A stretch of DNA of 64,000 nucleotides, from NCBI GenBank assembly GCA_039096225.1, contig JBBPEB010000009.1:62001-126000 (forward strand). The letters are read 5' to 3'. A program made the translations under genes and the position numbers. This document shows, piece by piece, positions 1-22,640 of the stretch. The DNA comes from Blastocystis sp. Blastoise (Eukaryota > Protista > Bigyra: Opalinata). The notes under the pieces were generated by a model, which saw nothing but the letters and a program-made list of their open reading frames with translations, was not told the origin of the DNA and searched no databases. Position 1 is the first letter of the stretch; the number at the start of each line of letters is the position of its first letter.

Positions 1-1477
<1,477 letters not shown>

Positions 1478-2193
1478 AGTACCTAGAAAAACAAATTTGT
1501 GATAATCCAAGATAATTATAATGTTGCAACATACTCAAAATACTAATAAATAATTATAATCTGAGTATTATGATAATTAAAAAATTATAAAGAAAAACAG
1601 CCCACACTCTGGTTTTCATATTATCGTGGGAATATATCGAATTCCGGTCACATTATTAAATTTTCAAATATTTTATATTTTTTTTATTTAATTGGGATAA
1701 TATAGTATAATTGTTACTGTAAAGTGTTATGTTGTTTTCTAAATTATAATTGTATTTATGTAGTTGTGTTTTAACTGAATAAATAGTATATTTTCCTAAG
1801 ATTCCTATCAACTATTGTTATTATTGGCAAAATTTTACTATAAAATACTCTTTAATTACTTACTCATTTCATATAAGATAAAAAGAGTAAGTCGATAAGT
1901 GATGAAATGTAAAACAAAAAATATTGATGTTTTTCTTTTATGATTTAAAATTCATTATAACGTTTATTATTAAAAACAAATATTAAAAACAAAATCAGAG
2001 TGAATATTAAAAGATTATACATGAAGAGAAAGATTTAAAAAAGTGAAAACAAATAATAAATAGGATTTCTAATGAAGATATCGATAAAAATTATGTTTTC
2101 AAAAAAAAAACAGAAATGAAAATAAATGAAATAATATATATAGTTCAAAAGTTAATATAAAAATATATTTATAGGTAGATGAATATGAAATGT

Positions 2194-3969
<1,776 letters not shown>

Positions 3970-4380
3970 CGTGTTCATTTTAAACTCATTCTTATGTATA
4001 TCAGACTATAGAATAATTATCATAAATAAGATAAAATGAAAAACCTTTGAGATAATGGGTGACATTTTTTGGAATGAATTGAATACTTTTCTTTGTATTA
4101 ATTAATGTGATATAAAATCTATATGATTTCCTTATTATTCCAATAGATTCATACGAAAAGAAAACGCACTCTTTTACTGTTCTCAAAAAGTCATACTCAG
4201 ACTGTTTCAGATATCGATTTTTCATTCCCACGAAAATACCAACAATCTGCGTCATTTTTTATTATTTTATTATGGAAAATACAAATGGAGACAAAAATTC
4301 AGTAGACTCGATCATTTCCGAATTGTAATAATTAATTATTTGTATTATACTTACTATTCACTATTGATTTATTTCCAAGA

Positions 4381-7300
4381 ATGGGTAAAAACAAGTCTAA
4401 GTCTCAAAATAAAAGTATATTCATACTAATTTTAATGTTCTAGTGTTTTTGTAGATACTCCGTATGTTGACCACTCTATTTTTTGGCATTCTCTAAATGA
4501 TAAATTAATATTACCTATTCTATCTAATTGATTTTATATTTATTTCTTTAGAACTCCTACTTCTGAAACTCATCCTGACGAATCTCAAGTTCAACAACCT
4601 ATAAAGTATTTTTTAAATGATTATATCATAGTACATTACTGTTTTATATTGCATATTATATTAATTTTTTATTCATTACTATTTATTTGTTTATTATTAA
4701 GTAATATATTATTATTTTTCTGGATTGATTCAATTTTATATACTATAAAAAGAAATAATGAATATAAATCAAATAATATTTCACTTGAACTATTTTATTT
4801 CTATATATATGTATTCATATTTATACTTCTATATATATTTATATTCTAGTGGTGATGCTGTCCTTTCTGAACTTCGTTCCAAAGTTGAAACTTTAGAGAA
4901 AGAGAATAGTACAGTAAAATCTGAATATGATTTATCTGTAAAGCGTTGTGCATGTGTTGAAGGAATGTTAAAAGTGCTTCGTGAGAAAGACGAGAAGAAT
5001 CGTAAGACTATTTCATCCTTAGAAGATACTATTAAGAATTATGGTACTACTAATACTTCTAAAGATACTGCTTATGTCTCTGTTATTGAGAGTACATTTC
5101 AGGAGCAAGAGAATAAGTTAAATCAGACCATTGAGTCTTTAACTAATGAGAATAAGACATTAAAGCTAGTCAATCAACATTTAACAGAGACTATTCATGA
5201 ACATGAAATTGATGATGCAACTAATCAAATCGCTTTAGATGAAAGTCGTAATGAATATGATAATGAAAAGGTTCTTCTTGAAATGAAAGTAAATGAATTG
5301 AAAGATACAGTTGCTAGTCAAAAAGAAAATATTGAAACTTTAGAATTTCATAATATAGAATTAACGAATGAGAAAAATGATATTATATCTTCTTATAGTT
5401 ATGCTATTGAGCGTTATAATTCTATTTTTGAAGAATTATCGAAGAAAGAGAATGAAAATGATACTTTAATTAATGAATTAATCATTATGTCTGAATTAGA
5501 TACAAAACAAAAAGAACTTGTTTCTTCTTTATCTGTTGCTATTGAGAAATATATACAGAAGATTCAATCCTTGAAAGAAGAGAAGAAGAAGATCGAATTA
5601 AGTTCTCAACAATGTGTTATGGCTTTTACAAAACAGATTACGGATATAACATCACAAAATAATGATTTCTTAATGAAGAGTAAAGAATTTGATGAAATAC
5701 AAGCTATAAATAATGATCAAAAAGTAGATATAGAGAAGAAGATGAAAGATATTGAAATGTATAAGAAACAAATAGAAGAATTGAATGATACTATCGATAA
5801 ATTGAAGAAATCATCTAAGAATAAGAAGAATAATAGTAATCCTACTTCTCCTGTTCCTTCAGAGAAAGAAACGCAACTTGAACATCAAGTAGAAGTCATT
5901 AATATTCAATGTGAAGAATTAAAGAAACAATTAGTACGTGCTGAAGAAGCTATTGAAGTGAGTAAAGAACAATTAATTTCTTTACAAGAAGAAAAGAATA
6001 ATATTTCTATAAAGAATCAAGACTTAGTATCTCAATGTGATCTCTTAAAAACTAATGAATCTCAATTAAAGAATACAGTTACTGAAAAAGAGAGTTTATT
6101 AAATGAAAAAGAAACTTTATTAAATGAAAAGAATACTGTCATTGCTGAAAAGGATACTTTATTATCTGAAAAAGATACTTTATTATCTGAAAAAATAGCT
6201 TTATTAACTGAAAAAATAGCTTTATTATCTGAAAAAGAAAGTCAATCAAAGAAACATGAAGAAGAATATACTACTCTCTTAACTGAATTCAATACATTAA
6301 AATCTTCAAGTAGTAAGACTATTGAAGAATTAAAGAAGAATATCGAGAAGAATAAGAAAGATTTATTATTATTAGACACGAGTTCAATGGTACCTTCTCT
6401 TGTAAGTCAATATTATCAATTATATGAAGAGAATAATGTATATACTTCTATGATCAATCAATTAAAGAATACTATAGAAGAACAAAAGAAACAAATTCAT
6501 GATTCTCATTCTAGTGTAGAAGAATTAGAAAAGAAAGTGTTATCTTTAGAATCTGTACCTGTTGTTGATTGTACTCCTTTGAAAGAAGAGATTGAAGAGA
6601 AGAAACAAAGTATTTGCTTATTAGAGAAAGAAGCTGATTCTTTACATTGCCAATTAAATGATTATGAAGATAAGATTCAACAAGTTGAAGAAGAAAAGAA
6701 TAGTGTTGAAAATAACTTGAAAGAAATAGAAAATAAATGTAATACTGTTTCTATAGAGAAAGAGAAGAAAGAGAAGGAATGTGAAGACATACGTAAACAA
6801 TATATGAGTCTTCAGAATGAATATACAAATCAACAAACTATTATTCGTCAACAATCCAATGATTTATGTATTCTTCCTCATATAATTACTTGTAATAGTG
6901 ATTTATCCATGAATAATACTGTATTACAGAAAACTATTGATACTTATAAACAAGAAAAGAAAGAAATCGAGCAAATTAATCATTCTTTAGAATGTCAATT
7001 AAATGAATATAAGAACAAAAAGCCTATAGAACCTATTTGTACAGAAGAAGAATACCAATGTAAATGCAATGAGATACTTAATCAACAAGATAAAATACAA
7101 GTAATTGAGCATGAAAAAGAAAAGATAATTCATTCATTAAAAGACAAAGAAGAAGAGATTCAATCGTTAGAAGAAGAAGTAAAGCAATTATCTAAAGAAA
7201 GAGACCAAGTCAAAGCTACAAATAATGATTTGAAAATGAAATCAGAACAAAAGATCGAATCTTTAAATAGTATTATTAGTGAAATGTCAAAAGAAGCTGA

Positions 7301-8669
7301 ACTTACAAAACAATCTATTAAAGAAAAAGAACTTGAAATTAATGAATTGAATAAGAAAGAAGAAGCAATTGAAATTGAAATGAATAAGAAAAATATACTA
7401 TTAGAAGAGAAAGAAAAAAAGATTGAAGAAATTAATAATATGTATAAGAAAGAAATCGAAGAAATTAATAATAAGAATAAGAAAGAAATTGAAGAAATTA
7501 ATAATAAGAATAAGAAAGAAATTGAAGATATTAATAATAAGAATAATAATAAGAAGAAATTAGAAGAAAAAGAGAAACAATCTCTTGAAATTCAACTTGA
7601 TGATATAACAAAGAAATATAATGATATTTATGATAAATATATTTCTATGTGTAAAGAAAAGGATAATTTAGATAACGAAGAGAAACAATCGAATTCTAAG
7701 AATACAACATTATCTGAAGAATTATCGGTTTGTAAGAAGAATATTAAGGATATGAAGAAGAATATAGACGATAAAATGAGTCAAATTACTAAGATAGAAG
7801 AAGAGAAGAAGAAGATGAATAAAGAAATAGGTGAATTAAAGAGTTCTCTTCATAAGTTACAAGGAGAATCTAAGAATATGAATGAAACAAAGAAGAAGAA
7901 TGAAGAAGAAAAGAAAGAATTAGAAATGAAAGTAAAACAACTTGAAAATGATATTAATCAATTAACAAAAGATATGAATAATAAACAAGAATCCAATCAA
8001 GTTATGTATATCAAATTAGAACATAAATATAAAGATGCTATGGATACACTCAAAGAATTAGAACCACTTAAAGAAACTGTCGCTGAATATAAAGAACAAA
8101 CTGAAGTATATTTGTTTATAATTTAACTTTTTTTTTTTTATTAATATAATTATTTTTTTTTTATTAATATAATTATTTTTTTTTTTATTAATATAATTAT
8201 TTTTTTTTTATTTATTCATTATTATTTTATTATTATGATTAACTTTCTTATTGTTTTATATTATTATTTATATATTTCTAGTCTTCTGAAAATTATAAAA
8301 AACAACTTGAGAATGAGAAGAAAATGTTAAAAGCTTCTCAAGAAAAATCGAAGAAAGATGTTGAAAAGATGAAAAAACAAATCGAAGAACAAAAACAACA
8401 ACTTGATGATTTTAAAGTATTCTTTTCTATTTATTTATTATTATAAATATCTTTATTATAAATATCTTTATTATTATATTATTATCTTTATTATTATATT
8501 ATTATCTTTATTATTATTTTTATTATAATTATAGAAAATAGAAGAAGAACGTAAAGCGGCTGTTGCTGATGCGAATAAGCCTGGATTTATTCAGTCAATT
8601 CAATATATTATCATTGTGATTGCTCTTCTTCTTGGAAATATTTTTCAGCTTTTTCGTGAATTCTTTTAA
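4381..8669 (+). CDS. Large coiled-coil protein with C-terminal transmembrane anchor (golgin-like), 6 predicted exons
   Basis: ATG 4381; E/K-rich heptad ORF of about 3.2 kb; last exon ends FIQSIQYIIIVIALLLGNIFQLFREFF* (TAA 8667-8669). Confidence 0.8.
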
Positions 8670-9071
8670 ATATATGTTTACTTCTTTATTTAATATTTTT
8701 TATCTATATATTTCTTTTATAATACATTATTTATTCAATGTTATTTTCCGTATTTTATAAGAATTATTAATACTATGTTTACACTCTATATGATTATAAT
8801 AATCATTGATTTGTTTACTGTATTCTCCGAATAAGGTATTAAAAGTTTTTAGTCATTCTTGTTTAATAATTATTTTTTTAAAAACTTTAAAAAATGTTAT
8901 TCAAACTACAAGCCATCCTATTCATATAAAAATTAAAATATACATTCACAAGAAAATAAAACAAAATAAAAATGGAATTAATAAAGATGTTTTTTATTTA
9001 GATACATGATAGATTTTATAATACTCCCCATAATAGTCTTATTAAACACAATACAATTATATAATTCTTTA

Positions 9072-9455
9072 TTAATTAGTAGATACACCCCATCTTCCTT
9101 TATTTCTACGATGTCCAAGAACTTTATTACCACTTTCTATATATAAATAAAATAATTATGTTAAGAGTTTACATAATTTCAATAATTAGCTATATTAAAT
9201 CAATGGAAAAGTAGAAGAAACATACTGTCTTGAGATCTAGATAAAAATCCATGGCGTCGCTTACGAACAAGAACAGATGGTTGATATGTTCTTTTAATAA
9301 ACATGAAAGGATCAAATAATAAAGAAGGCATAAGAATTGATGAAACGTGTTGAAGAGAATTACACATGGTAGAAGCCATTACTAAGAATTTGGATCCAAG
9401 TACTATAAGCAATGTTAATCATAGATTTACTGAAATACATACCAACACTAGCCAT
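9072..9455 (-). CDS. MRPL34: Mitochondrial/MRO ribosomal protein bL34 with N-terminal extension
   Basis: KRTYQPSVLVRKRRHGFLSR followed after an intron by KSGNKVLGHRRNKGRWGVSTN*; start exon uncertain. Confidence 0.85.
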
Positions 9456-10282
9456 TCTAATCCACAATCACAAAAAATAATAAAGTGAACGAAAAACCTT
9501 GTGAATTTCGATAATTTTTTGTTTTTGCATATAAAGGTTAAGAAATTATTTTTCTTATTGTCTTTCAATGTTATTCGCGCTATATAAATATATGAAATGA
9601 TATATATGAAGAAAGAAACGTTCAAAGGCAGTTAGTGGATGTGATTTGAAATAGTTTTGGTGAATTTCTAATTTATAATATTTTTTATGAATTTATATTT
9701 TATTGTAAAATGTTAAAAATAGTATAATAAGTTTATAGACTTTTCTTTTGTTGAATCATTCTTTAAAATCATAATATAAACAATTATATTGAGTTGAACT
9801 ATATATATGAGATTATTGCTTGCTTTTTCTACATAATTTATTTTTGAAAAGAATGCTAAAAAGTAATTCTAAGTTATCATTTCTTCATTAGATAGAATAA
9901 TTTATTATATTTTTTAAAATACTATTAAGTTATATAATTTAAATTATATATATAAATATTAAATTTTATCAAAATGAAATATAAAAAATATAAATAAAAT
10001 AGTTAAAAATAAAAACTATTGTATACAAAGAATCTTATACAAAACACTAATTAAAAAAAAAATTAAAATAATAAGATGAAAAACAATGAAAAAAAAAAGA
10101 AGAAAAAGAAGTTACTTTTTAAAATTTTATTATTATATACATATGCATTGTTATATATAAATAAGAAATCAAAACATTCAAAAAAAAAGAGAAATAGATA
10201 TTTAAATAATAAATAGTTTATAAAAAGCTATTATATATATATTAAATAGAGTATAGAATGACTATATATATATATAGACAAC

Positions 10283-12164
10283 TTAGCATGTAGGCATTGA
10301 TGTAGTATGTTCATATTGTAGTGACGTTCTTGCAAGAAACTTCTTCCACAACGCGTAGTGCGTCACCTCGTACTGATTCCTTGAAGACGCGTCATGCCAA
10401 CGACTCTCATATATACTTCTACATGAGGAGATATATTAAAATAATATATAATAAAAATAGGGATATGTTAGTAAAGAATAGTTATATACAAAGAAATATA
10501 ATACTATCCATTTAATATATATATATATATATATACGGATCATGATATACATTCATAGCATACCCGCCATTAAGAACATAAAACCAGTAGCCCGCCATTC
10601 GAAGGTGCGAAATCCACTGCTGTTTATTATATCCGTAATTAATAAACCGCTCATCAAATAATGGGAGAAACTGGCTCTTTTTCACAACTACATATCTATA
10701 GATAAGGTTATGTATATATATAGAATAGCATTCTTAATTATTATAGTATATTAAGAATTATTTTAATCTGTAAATCATGATTTATTATGTTTATTATTTA
10801 TTATGTTTATTATGTTTATTATATGTTAGATTATTATTATATGTTAGATTATTATGCTTATTATGTTTATTATATTTATTATATTTATTATTCTATTTAT
10901 TATATTAGTTATTCTCTTTATTATGATTATTATATATATACGGTTCTTGATAGTCATTGACCATGCATGCCAGGGGATAGACAGGAGGAAGATCCAACGA
11001 GTACCATTGAGGACGCATATAATTATGATTGCCCTTTTTATTGATAGGAATACATTCTTTTTTCTGAATACATGTTAATAATTCAGGCTTAGAAGAAGGG
11101 GCATTGATAAAGTTCCTATATATATAAATATATATATATAGAGAATAAATCATATAAACATATACACATTTAAAAAAAAAATTCTAATGTATATATATAA
11201 AAGAAGAATAATTCTAGAACATATATATATAATTGTTATATATATATCTATACTGTGCTGCACATGCTTCAAAGGAATGACACGTGATGTTTCTCTTCAT
11301 TTGAAAGGCGGGAATAATAATGGCAGCATTTGTGTTTTGTAAATAACTGTTAGAAAGCGATAATAAGATTTCATATAAATCACCTATATAATCATATATA
11401 TATATATTATTTAGTATATGAAAGAATTGAGATATATTGAAATTTATAGATAAATATATTAATATATATAAATATATTTATAAACATATATATAAACATA
11501 TATATATATACTACTGGGCCACATGTCAATATCAGTTAACCAGAAATGACTCGTTTTAACCTTTCGAATAGCGATATTTCGAAGGGTATTGATTGGATAT
11601 ATAGTGACATTAGATGTATAATAAGTAGAAAAAGAGAATCGTGAAGGCAAATAATAAGTAGATAATATCGTTTCAAAAGTTGTTCGATTATTATCATAAA
11701 CAAAAAAACAAACTGAAAAAGGACTATAAATAATATATATATATATATATATATTGTATTCCATAGTGAAGAACATATAATTTATATACCCACGCCATAA
11801 TTTCAACAAATAAGGAACAAATGGTAAACGCTCCATTCTAAATACAGTAAATTATGATATATTTCATATATATAATTCATGTTAACATATTTATAATTAT
11901 ATATATACCCGGATTGACTGGCTAACGTAATATCATAATGATCATAAACAGTACTATTTTCTATATTAACTCTCATATCCTAATTTATACTAATTTTATA
12001 TTATCTAAGATTCAAATACATATTTTTTAGATCCTCTATCTTCAGAATTTCTTGGTAATCGACTATTAAGATAGACCATATTCAATTTATTAAGTATACT
12101 TAATTGAATAAACATATAGCAAAAGAGCCCAAGCAGGCAAAAAATATATTAATCGATAATCCAT
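10283..12164 (-). CDS. LARGE/GT49-like glycosyltransferase, paralog A (type II membrane protein)
   Basis: Motifs YPINTLRNIA, HFWLTDIDMWP, QEPYVV, FDERFINYGYNKQQWI; hydrophobic N-terminus MDYRLIYFLPAWALLLYVY. Confidence 0.88.
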
Positions 12165-12876
12165 GGATATTCACGACATGAAAAAAAATATGACAAAAAA
12201 ATAATCAGACAAGTTCATTTTTTTTCAGTATGTTTCTTATTTATTGCTTAATGCTTTCTCTTGTTGTTTTTTTTTATATTTCATAGTTTATACTGTTTGT
12301 AATAAGATTCAAAGAAGGACTATAATATGATGACTTATTTTTGTTAATAAAAATATAATTACTTTGTGATTAAGTAGTTATTTAATACTAATTCGTTTGT
12401 AGTTCATTCTCATATAAAGCTTAATGTGTTCTTATATGTAAAATTCAATCAATATACTTTATAGTGACCTATTTCTTAAATGAATTGCTTTTTTTTTTTT
12501 CTTCATTGATTTTCATATTCTAATTTGTTTTTTTTTTTTAGTCATTCATATATAGATATGATAAAAAATCTCTAAGATCTTTTATTGAATTGTTTTTCTG
12601 GTTATTATTCATAAGAGTTTTTATAATATAGCTTTTTTTTTTAAATCATCCAAAATAATAATTTTAAATTGATAATTTTTCAAATGAATAATAGTATATG
12701 AGTTTACATATATATCATTTAGAATTATATATATGAATAGAATATATATATACAATACAAAACAATAGAGAATAAATAATATAGCTTAATGAAATGCAAT
12801 AAAAAAACAATAAAAAACTGAAAAATAAATTGAAAAGTAAAAAGAGTAGATGATAGTGTGAATCTATTCATATAAA

Positions 12877-13286
12877 TTAAACTTGTTTGGGTAGTTTTAA
12901 ATGTAGAGAAATATTAAATTCCTCTTTTTCTCTTTTTAAATAAATATTATAATTATCTCCTCCACACGATCTCTGAGAGCGTCTGAAACATAAACTATAT
13001 ATATATACATTATTATTATTATTAACATTATATATATATACAATTCCTTTCGTTTTTTAGGTATTTCGGGCTTTTTTTTTATCTAAAAAAGAGAAAAGAA
13101 AAATGAGTATATATATTATTATATTATTAAGTGTATAAAGTACATTGAAATAATATAAATAATTATATATTTAAATATATTATATAATATATATATACAC
13201 ATGACGGTATATATTCGGGTCTGATTATACGAAGGAGTGAGGGATCAATAATATCTAGGTCATGTATATATATTAAGGGTATATAG

Positions 13287-13337
<51 letters not shown>

Positions 13338-13406
13338 AGGATATCTTCTGTTGCTTTTGCTAATTTTTCTCGTTCTAATTTACGTTTTAATGTATCTGAT
13401 TCACCC

Positions 13407-13470
<64 letters not shown>

Positions 13471-13479
13471 TTTATAATT

Positions 13480-13519
<40 letters not shown>

Positions 13520-14438
13520 AATAACATACATATAACTTCAATTCATTTTCAATTTTTTTCTTTTCTTCTTCTTCTTCTTCTTTCTTTTGTTTCTCTTTTA
13601 ACTGGTTTTCTCTTTCTTTTATCTGCATTTGAGTCAATTCTTCAAGTTTCTCTTTTTTTTTCTTCAGCTGATCACGCTATATAAAATTAATATAATAAAT
13701 CAAAAAACTATATTATGAATTATTTATAATCATAAAAAATAGAATATATAAAATATATATAAATATATATAAATATATATAATAAACATAATAAACAAAA
13801 TAAACAAAATAAAAATAATAAAATATAGCAAACAAAATAAATATAATAACATAAAAACATAATAAACATAAAACACAATAAATCAAAATAAATCAAAAAC
13901 ATAACATAACAACGCAACATACAAACATGGAATCTCTTTCTCGAATTTCTTGCATATGATCCTTTTTATATTGTTCAATTTCTTTGTTTACAGCTTGTTT
14001 TTCCTCTTCAGTCCCCGATATCAATATAACAACTATAGAAATCATAATAACATTAAATACTATATCAACTATACAAATAACAATAATAAAAAAAAGAGGC
14101 ATACTTATTTCTTGACGACGTTCTGAATATGTATCATAATCATCCTCATCTTCAAAGTCTTTTTCAGTTTTATTATATATTTCATTCACATAAGTATTAA
14201 TACGACTCATCTCCAAATCATTTCTTTGTTCTAAAGTGATATTTTCCAATTGTCCTTCATAAACATCTTCACCACATTCAGGACATGCCATATGTTTACC
14301 ACCTTTTAAGTATTTGCTAACGCATGCTTCACAAAATGCATGACCACATTTGGCAATACGATATTTTTCATCTTTGTGAAAATAAGACTGATTCTGGTTA
14401 TTACAACTAACACATATCTGTCTTGCTACATCAGCCAT
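12877..14438 (-). CDS. MNAT1: CDK-activating kinase assembly factor MAT1 (TFIIH/CAK); contains an AT-AC intron
   Basis: N-terminal C3HC4 RING (C..C...CGHAFCEAC...CPEC), then IYNKTEKDFEDEDDYDTY MAT1 motif and coiled coil; C-terminal GG motif. Confidence 0.88.
13264..13344 (-). other. U12-type (AT-AC) intron in MAT1
   Basis: 5' ATATCCTTT, branch ACCCTTAAT about 10 nt from the 3' end, terminal ATAC; splicing gives in-frame KATE-D-DLDIIDP. Confidence 0.88.
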
Positions 14439-14693
14439 TTGCTCTCTTTTCTCCTATTCTATAATTTTTTATTTTTATGTCATAATAGTGAATAAAACTC
14501 TTTTTCAACTGAAAAATCAAAAATAATTATAACTAGAATCTCCTCTTTTTCTTATATAATTTTTCAGATATAATCTGATTCCATCTTATTCAATCAAATT
14601 CACAAATTCTATCGAATTCCTAGAAAAGTGTTTCTTTATAAAGAAATTTCCATCATTTATTATTTATCAAAACCTCTTAATATATACAATAAA

Positions 14694-15196
14694 ATGTCCT
14701 GTAAAAATATTCAATATACCTAATTGAGTCTGCTTATTACATTATTGTATATATAGCTACTGGAAATAACGAGATTAGAAATAGAAAAGAACTAGAATCA
14801 ATAAAAGAAGACGAAGAAGAAGAGACCAAGGAAGTTCCTACTGTGAACGAAAACCTTAAAGAAGAAAAACCTCTTACTCAAAAACAAATTGAAGAATATG
14901 AAGCCAAAATCGAAGCTCTTCAAAATGAAATTCGTTTCCTAGAAGGAAAAAAACCTCTTTCTGCAAGAGTATGTAGTCATTATTGTTCATTTTTTATTGT
15001 TTTTCATTAAGTTTTCTTCAATTAATTCTTCATATTCTCTTTAGAATCAATATAATTATGTTAATTATATGTATAGGCAAGTCACAAGGAATTTCATGAA
15101 GTGAAACGTTATAATTATGTATTAGGAATCGTTTTATTAGCTGCTTTTACTATTGCTTGTATTGTTGCAGTTGTTACACAAGATGTCAAAAATTAA
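14694..15196 (+). CDS. Small coiled-coil tail-anchored membrane protein, 3 exons (not in ORF track)
   Basis: ATG TCC T|CT ACT... acidic coiled coil; last exon ASHKEFHEVKRYNYVLGIVLLAAFTIACIVAVVTQDVKN*; canonical GT-AG introns keep frame. Confidence 0.72.
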
Positions 15197-15395
15197 ATTT
15201 ATTCATATTATATTAATTTATATACATATATTTATTTTATAATGATAGAATTGTTTTGTTTTTATGGATGTTATATATTTTTTATTATATACAAAAAAAA
15301 ATTATACTACAAAAGACGATGATAATGATGAATGATAAAAATAAGTGAAATGAAATGATATTATATTGATATATATATATATATATTGATGATAT

Positions 15396-20640
<5,245 letters not shown>

Positions 20641-22122
20641 CTTGTTGTTGTATAGAATATTTCAATACTTCACTTTTGATAATTATCAAAAACAAAATAA
20701 AAATTGTTAAAAGTCCAAAAAATGAAGAACAATATAAAAACCCGCCACTTTTCTATTTATATTTTATTTTCGTTTATTTTTTTTTTCTTCTTTTTTGTAT
20801 TTTTTTTTTTAACTCAAAATTTTATTCCCAGAAATAAAATGGTATTTTCAGTTGAATGATTGGAATAATCATGGGAATCGAAAAAAACTATTTTTTGTAA
20901 TCAAAGACACATAGAAACAAACATTAAAAAATAACGATAAATATATATTAAAATGGATACACTAATAGAACTGCATAAATATATAATGAAGAAGAGTATC
21001 AAATAAAAGAGGATTTATATACATAAACATCATATAGGAATATATATAAGAAGAAATAAATACAGCAGGTATTTCTTGACAAAATATATATACATATAAT
21101 ATATTAAAAAAGTAACATTTTTAATATAATAAAAATATATAAAACACTATTAAAAAAAGAATTGGTCAAATGAAATATATATATATATATAGGATAAAAG
21201 AATTGATGTAAAAAGGAATAACAATGAATAAAGAATTGGATTATTCATGATATCTAATCTATGTATAATAATAAATGAAAATAGGCTGTGAAATAAAAGG
21301 AATAAGAACTTATATACATAATCAAAAGAAGTTAATTTCTTAAAGAATATATTAATAAAATGGAAAATGTTTCAAAACTAAAATAACAAGAAAAAAATAA
21401 TTTTAAAAACAGAATTAAAAAATGGAGTACAAAACAAATAGACACAACTATAGAGAATAGTTTTCATATATAGATTATGAACTATGATCTCTAGAGAATG
21501 TATTATAGAATAATATCATAGATATGTGTGTCTATACAGAAAAGAATGAATAAAAACAAAGAAATTGCAAGGACAACGAGAGTAACAAATCTCATTATAG
21601 GAATATGAATATATATATATAATTATATATATATTTATATAATACTACACTACTCTAAAATATATATATAGAATATGATATATAGTACTTATATATACAT
21701 ATACTAATAATACTCTATAAATAAACAAAAAAATAATAAGAAAAACTTTGTTTGCTAATGATTTGATATATAAGAGTAAAAAGGAGTCAGGAACTAGATA
21801 ACTATAATGTATAATAAAAGGAAAAGAATAATGAATATAGACGTTCATCAAAAAGGAGAAGATATATATATAGAATAAGATGAAATGGCTACTACTAATA
21901 ATAAGAACTATTTTAAAAGTTCTTCAAATATATATATATATATATAATTATATATATATATTATAAAAAAATAAAATAATAAAACTATATAAATAGAGGA
22001 AAAACAGAATAAATAATAAATAAATAAATAAGGAAACGCAATCACAGAAAATAAGTATGGTCTAAATACATATATAATAATATGTATAGACAATACTGAT
22101 GTAGACAGGAAATGATATAATT

Positions 22123-22154
<32 letters not shown>

Positions 22155-22640
22155 TATATATAAATATAAATATAGAATAAGATATGACCAAAACGAAATG
22201 AAAAAAAGGAACAGTGTAGATACTACTCTATCAAATAGATATTTCTATTTATATATATAAATACTATATAAAAATGATTCTTTTAAATATATATATAAGA
22301 AGTGAATATAAATGTTATGAATAGGAATAGAAGAAGAGATGATAATAAGAGAAACACGATATATATATATATTAAAAACAGTTATGAGAATGAATTGAAT
22401 ATAAAATGAAGAATAAGTATAGAAACAATATGTATAGCAATAGTGGTAACAGGAATAGAAAATAATGAATTATATATAGATGAGTAATATAATGAAAGAA
22501 ACAGTAAGAAGAAACACATAGCACATATAAATAGCAATTATTTGAATGAAAGATATATATATATATAAAGAAGATTACACGCATCACAAAAGAGAATACT
22601 AAGTCGTATTGAATGATTAGTATATATACTATATATATGC

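Noticed and set aside
20850-22620. Hidden gene between STAG and GT49 B
   Set aside because: Some intron-like fragments on the minus strand but no coherent exon chain or ORF; treated as skewed intergenic or 3' UTR DNA.
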